Part shown: positions 7,036 through 8,812 of the stretch, one piece after another
How the letters are laid out: each line of letters opens with the position of its first letter
How positions within the stretch are numbered: the first letter of the stretch is position 1
From: Selaginella moellendorffii
Taxonomy: Eukaryota; Plantae; Lycopodiophyta
DNA length: 8,812 bases
Direction of reading: 5' to 3'
NCBI RefSeq assembly: GCF_000143415.4
Contig: NW_003314347.1
Span: 250,295 to 259,106 of the forward strand
Program-made: the position numbers and the translations under genes
Notes under the pieces: generated by a model
The model's input: only the letters and a program-made list of their open reading frames with translations
The model's database searches: none
Told to the model about the DNA's origin: nothing

Positions 7036-8812
7036 ATGTTAGCCTATCGTTGGTTCCATAAGTTGTTCTAGTGGTTCCATGAATTGTTCCATGTACCATG
7101 GGTGAAAGTAAACCTTCCCTAGGTTTGCTATGAGTGGCAAATAAACTAGTCCGTAGCTGTTTAGCACGGCACTAGTGGATCTTTCCTAGGCATATTTACA
7201 AATGGATCAATCAAGACTATAGTGATTAGTCTATTAGTTCAGGTAGTCATTGCCATGCTCTCTCATAAACTTTTCTTGGATTGGACTGAAGGTAGTGTGA
7301 AAGCAAGCTTGAGGTTTAGTCAAGTTGAAACCAAAAAGAGAGTCATCGGGGACGAAGGATCAAACACATAAATCATCTTCTCTTCTTGGAAAGATGATTT
7401 GCAACGAGGTGTGACTCATTGCTCATATTCACATTATGCAATCAAGAGTCCCTACCTTGATGCATGTAGAAAATAATGGTCTTACAAATAGTGAGTTGTG
7501 GGATGGATAGTAGTAAAGCGTTAAACCATTTTGTCTAAGCTCGCTATTGGAAGACTTGGGTTACAATGCTCAATTCTTTTCTAAAGAACCTTGTTATTGC
7601 TCCTTGAGTAGCTTAGTGTTGGATTAGTTTTGAGTTTGGTCGGAAAGAGAATGGCATGAGCTTGTTCGTGTTGTGTAAAAAAGTTATTGGTCTTGGGTGT
7701 TGTAAATCGCTATCAGTGGAATGTGGCATTTATGTTGCATTTTGTCAAATCAAATTGGCACTTGATGTTCACATAAACCTTTGAAGTAATGACATGGGTG
7801 TTGCTCGTAGTGTTACTCAATTGATGATCAAGTCATTGTGATTTTATATCGTATCCATGTAATAATGAGTAATGTGTTGACGAAGTTGCTTGGTTAAACG
7901 ATGATCAACCCTAAAGTGGTTGATGGTGAAGTTAGTCTACTTGCACAAAGTAGCATTGTAGTAGCTTTGACTAAATTCTCACTGGTGGTCCATTATGCTA
8001 AGCTTAAGTTGATTCCTTGTTTCCTTGAGGGTTTGCCCATAAAGTGTTGGAAAGGGTTATAGCATTCACTTGTTATAGCCTATCGATTGATTTGTTAACA
8101 CTTGGAGTAGATTGTGGGATGAAGAAGGTGTGAGGTTGAGGCATTGACATTGCTAGCACTTGTGTTAGTGAAAGTGGCATTGTTGTTCGAATGATGAGGA
8201 ATTTTCCTTAGAGCTTGATTTTCCATGTCATTTTTCTTGTTAGTGTTTTGGCTTCATATTGGATCTTGAAAGTGGTTGAAAAAGAGTGTTAGTGCAATGT
8301 GGATATCCAAAAATGTGGTCTTTGTGATCAAGCTTTAGATGTTCACTTTGCATATTGTGGATGTCGGTGTTGGATATCATAAGTATGGGCAAAGATGTTC
8401 GATGCTTAAGCATATTGTTAGATCATGAGAATTTGTGTTGAGATGAACCTATATGAAGTTGTTAGTAGGACGAAGTTGGGTGAGTCTTGAAAGTTTATAT
8501 TCCTGGATTGAGAGTGATTCTTTCTCTAGGATGGAAAATTTCCACAAATTTTTTTAAACTTTTCCAATGGCTGATCTATTGATCACTTTGCCTGAAAACC
8601 ATTCTGTTTTCGTAAGCTAATACAAACTAGTGAAGGGGTTGGAGTTGACTTCGGTTGGCTTAAACCTTAATAAGTAGTTTGTATGATGCAACTCGAAAAG
8701 GATGCTAACTTTTGGGGCTAAGGCAATTGAATTGGATAGAGTCTAGAATAAGTGTAGAAAAGTGGCCGTGTTGCACTTTTCTAGAAAGGTGACAATTGTG
8801 CCTTTCTTTTGT

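Larger units (their letters stand above)
6166..8790 (+). mobile_element. Family B repeat, copy 2 (probable LTR, at least 2.6 kb) with intact left terminus TGAAAGCCCAAAGCG
   Basis: TG start shared with 3711; 6438-8790 aligns to 579-2846; contains the assembly gap. The right end is undefined: homology to copy 1 is lost after 8790, 22 bp from the window edge. Confidence 0.72.

Noticed and set aside
6794-7099. ORFs spanning X runs
   Set aside because: Artefacts of the N gap.

Overview
This window looks like eukaryotic, most likely land-plant, repetitive DNA. I find no credible protein-coding or RNA gene, and all ORFs over 140 aa in the track are artefacts of 6/11/12-bp tandem repeats. The best reading is a nest of LTR-retrotransposon-like terminal sequences from about three families. 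Family A has the terminus TGTGAGACAC, a ~230-bp unique arm and then a minisatellite; it occurs twice in opposite orientation (1-578 and 2915-3710). Family B occurs twice in direct orientation (579-2846 and 6166-8790, roughly 85% identical by hand count on a 120-bp sample). Family C (3711-6165) starts with the same 16 nt as B (TGAAAGCCCAAAGCGT) but is otherwise unrelated by eye. The junctions suggest A inserted into B, C into A's microsatellite, and B near the end of C. Copy differences are dominated by C>T/G>A transitions, consistent with methylated heterochromatin. A 142-N assembly gap lies at 6894-7035. I recognised no gag/pol motifs in the ORF track or in the segments I translated, so the LTR assignment rests on termini, junctions and composition, and element orientation is tentative. 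I do not see a convincing novel system; the most notable features are the satellite-bearing terminus with a 6-mer to 12-mer to higher-order gradient, the shared B/C termini and the ABRE/G-box clusters.
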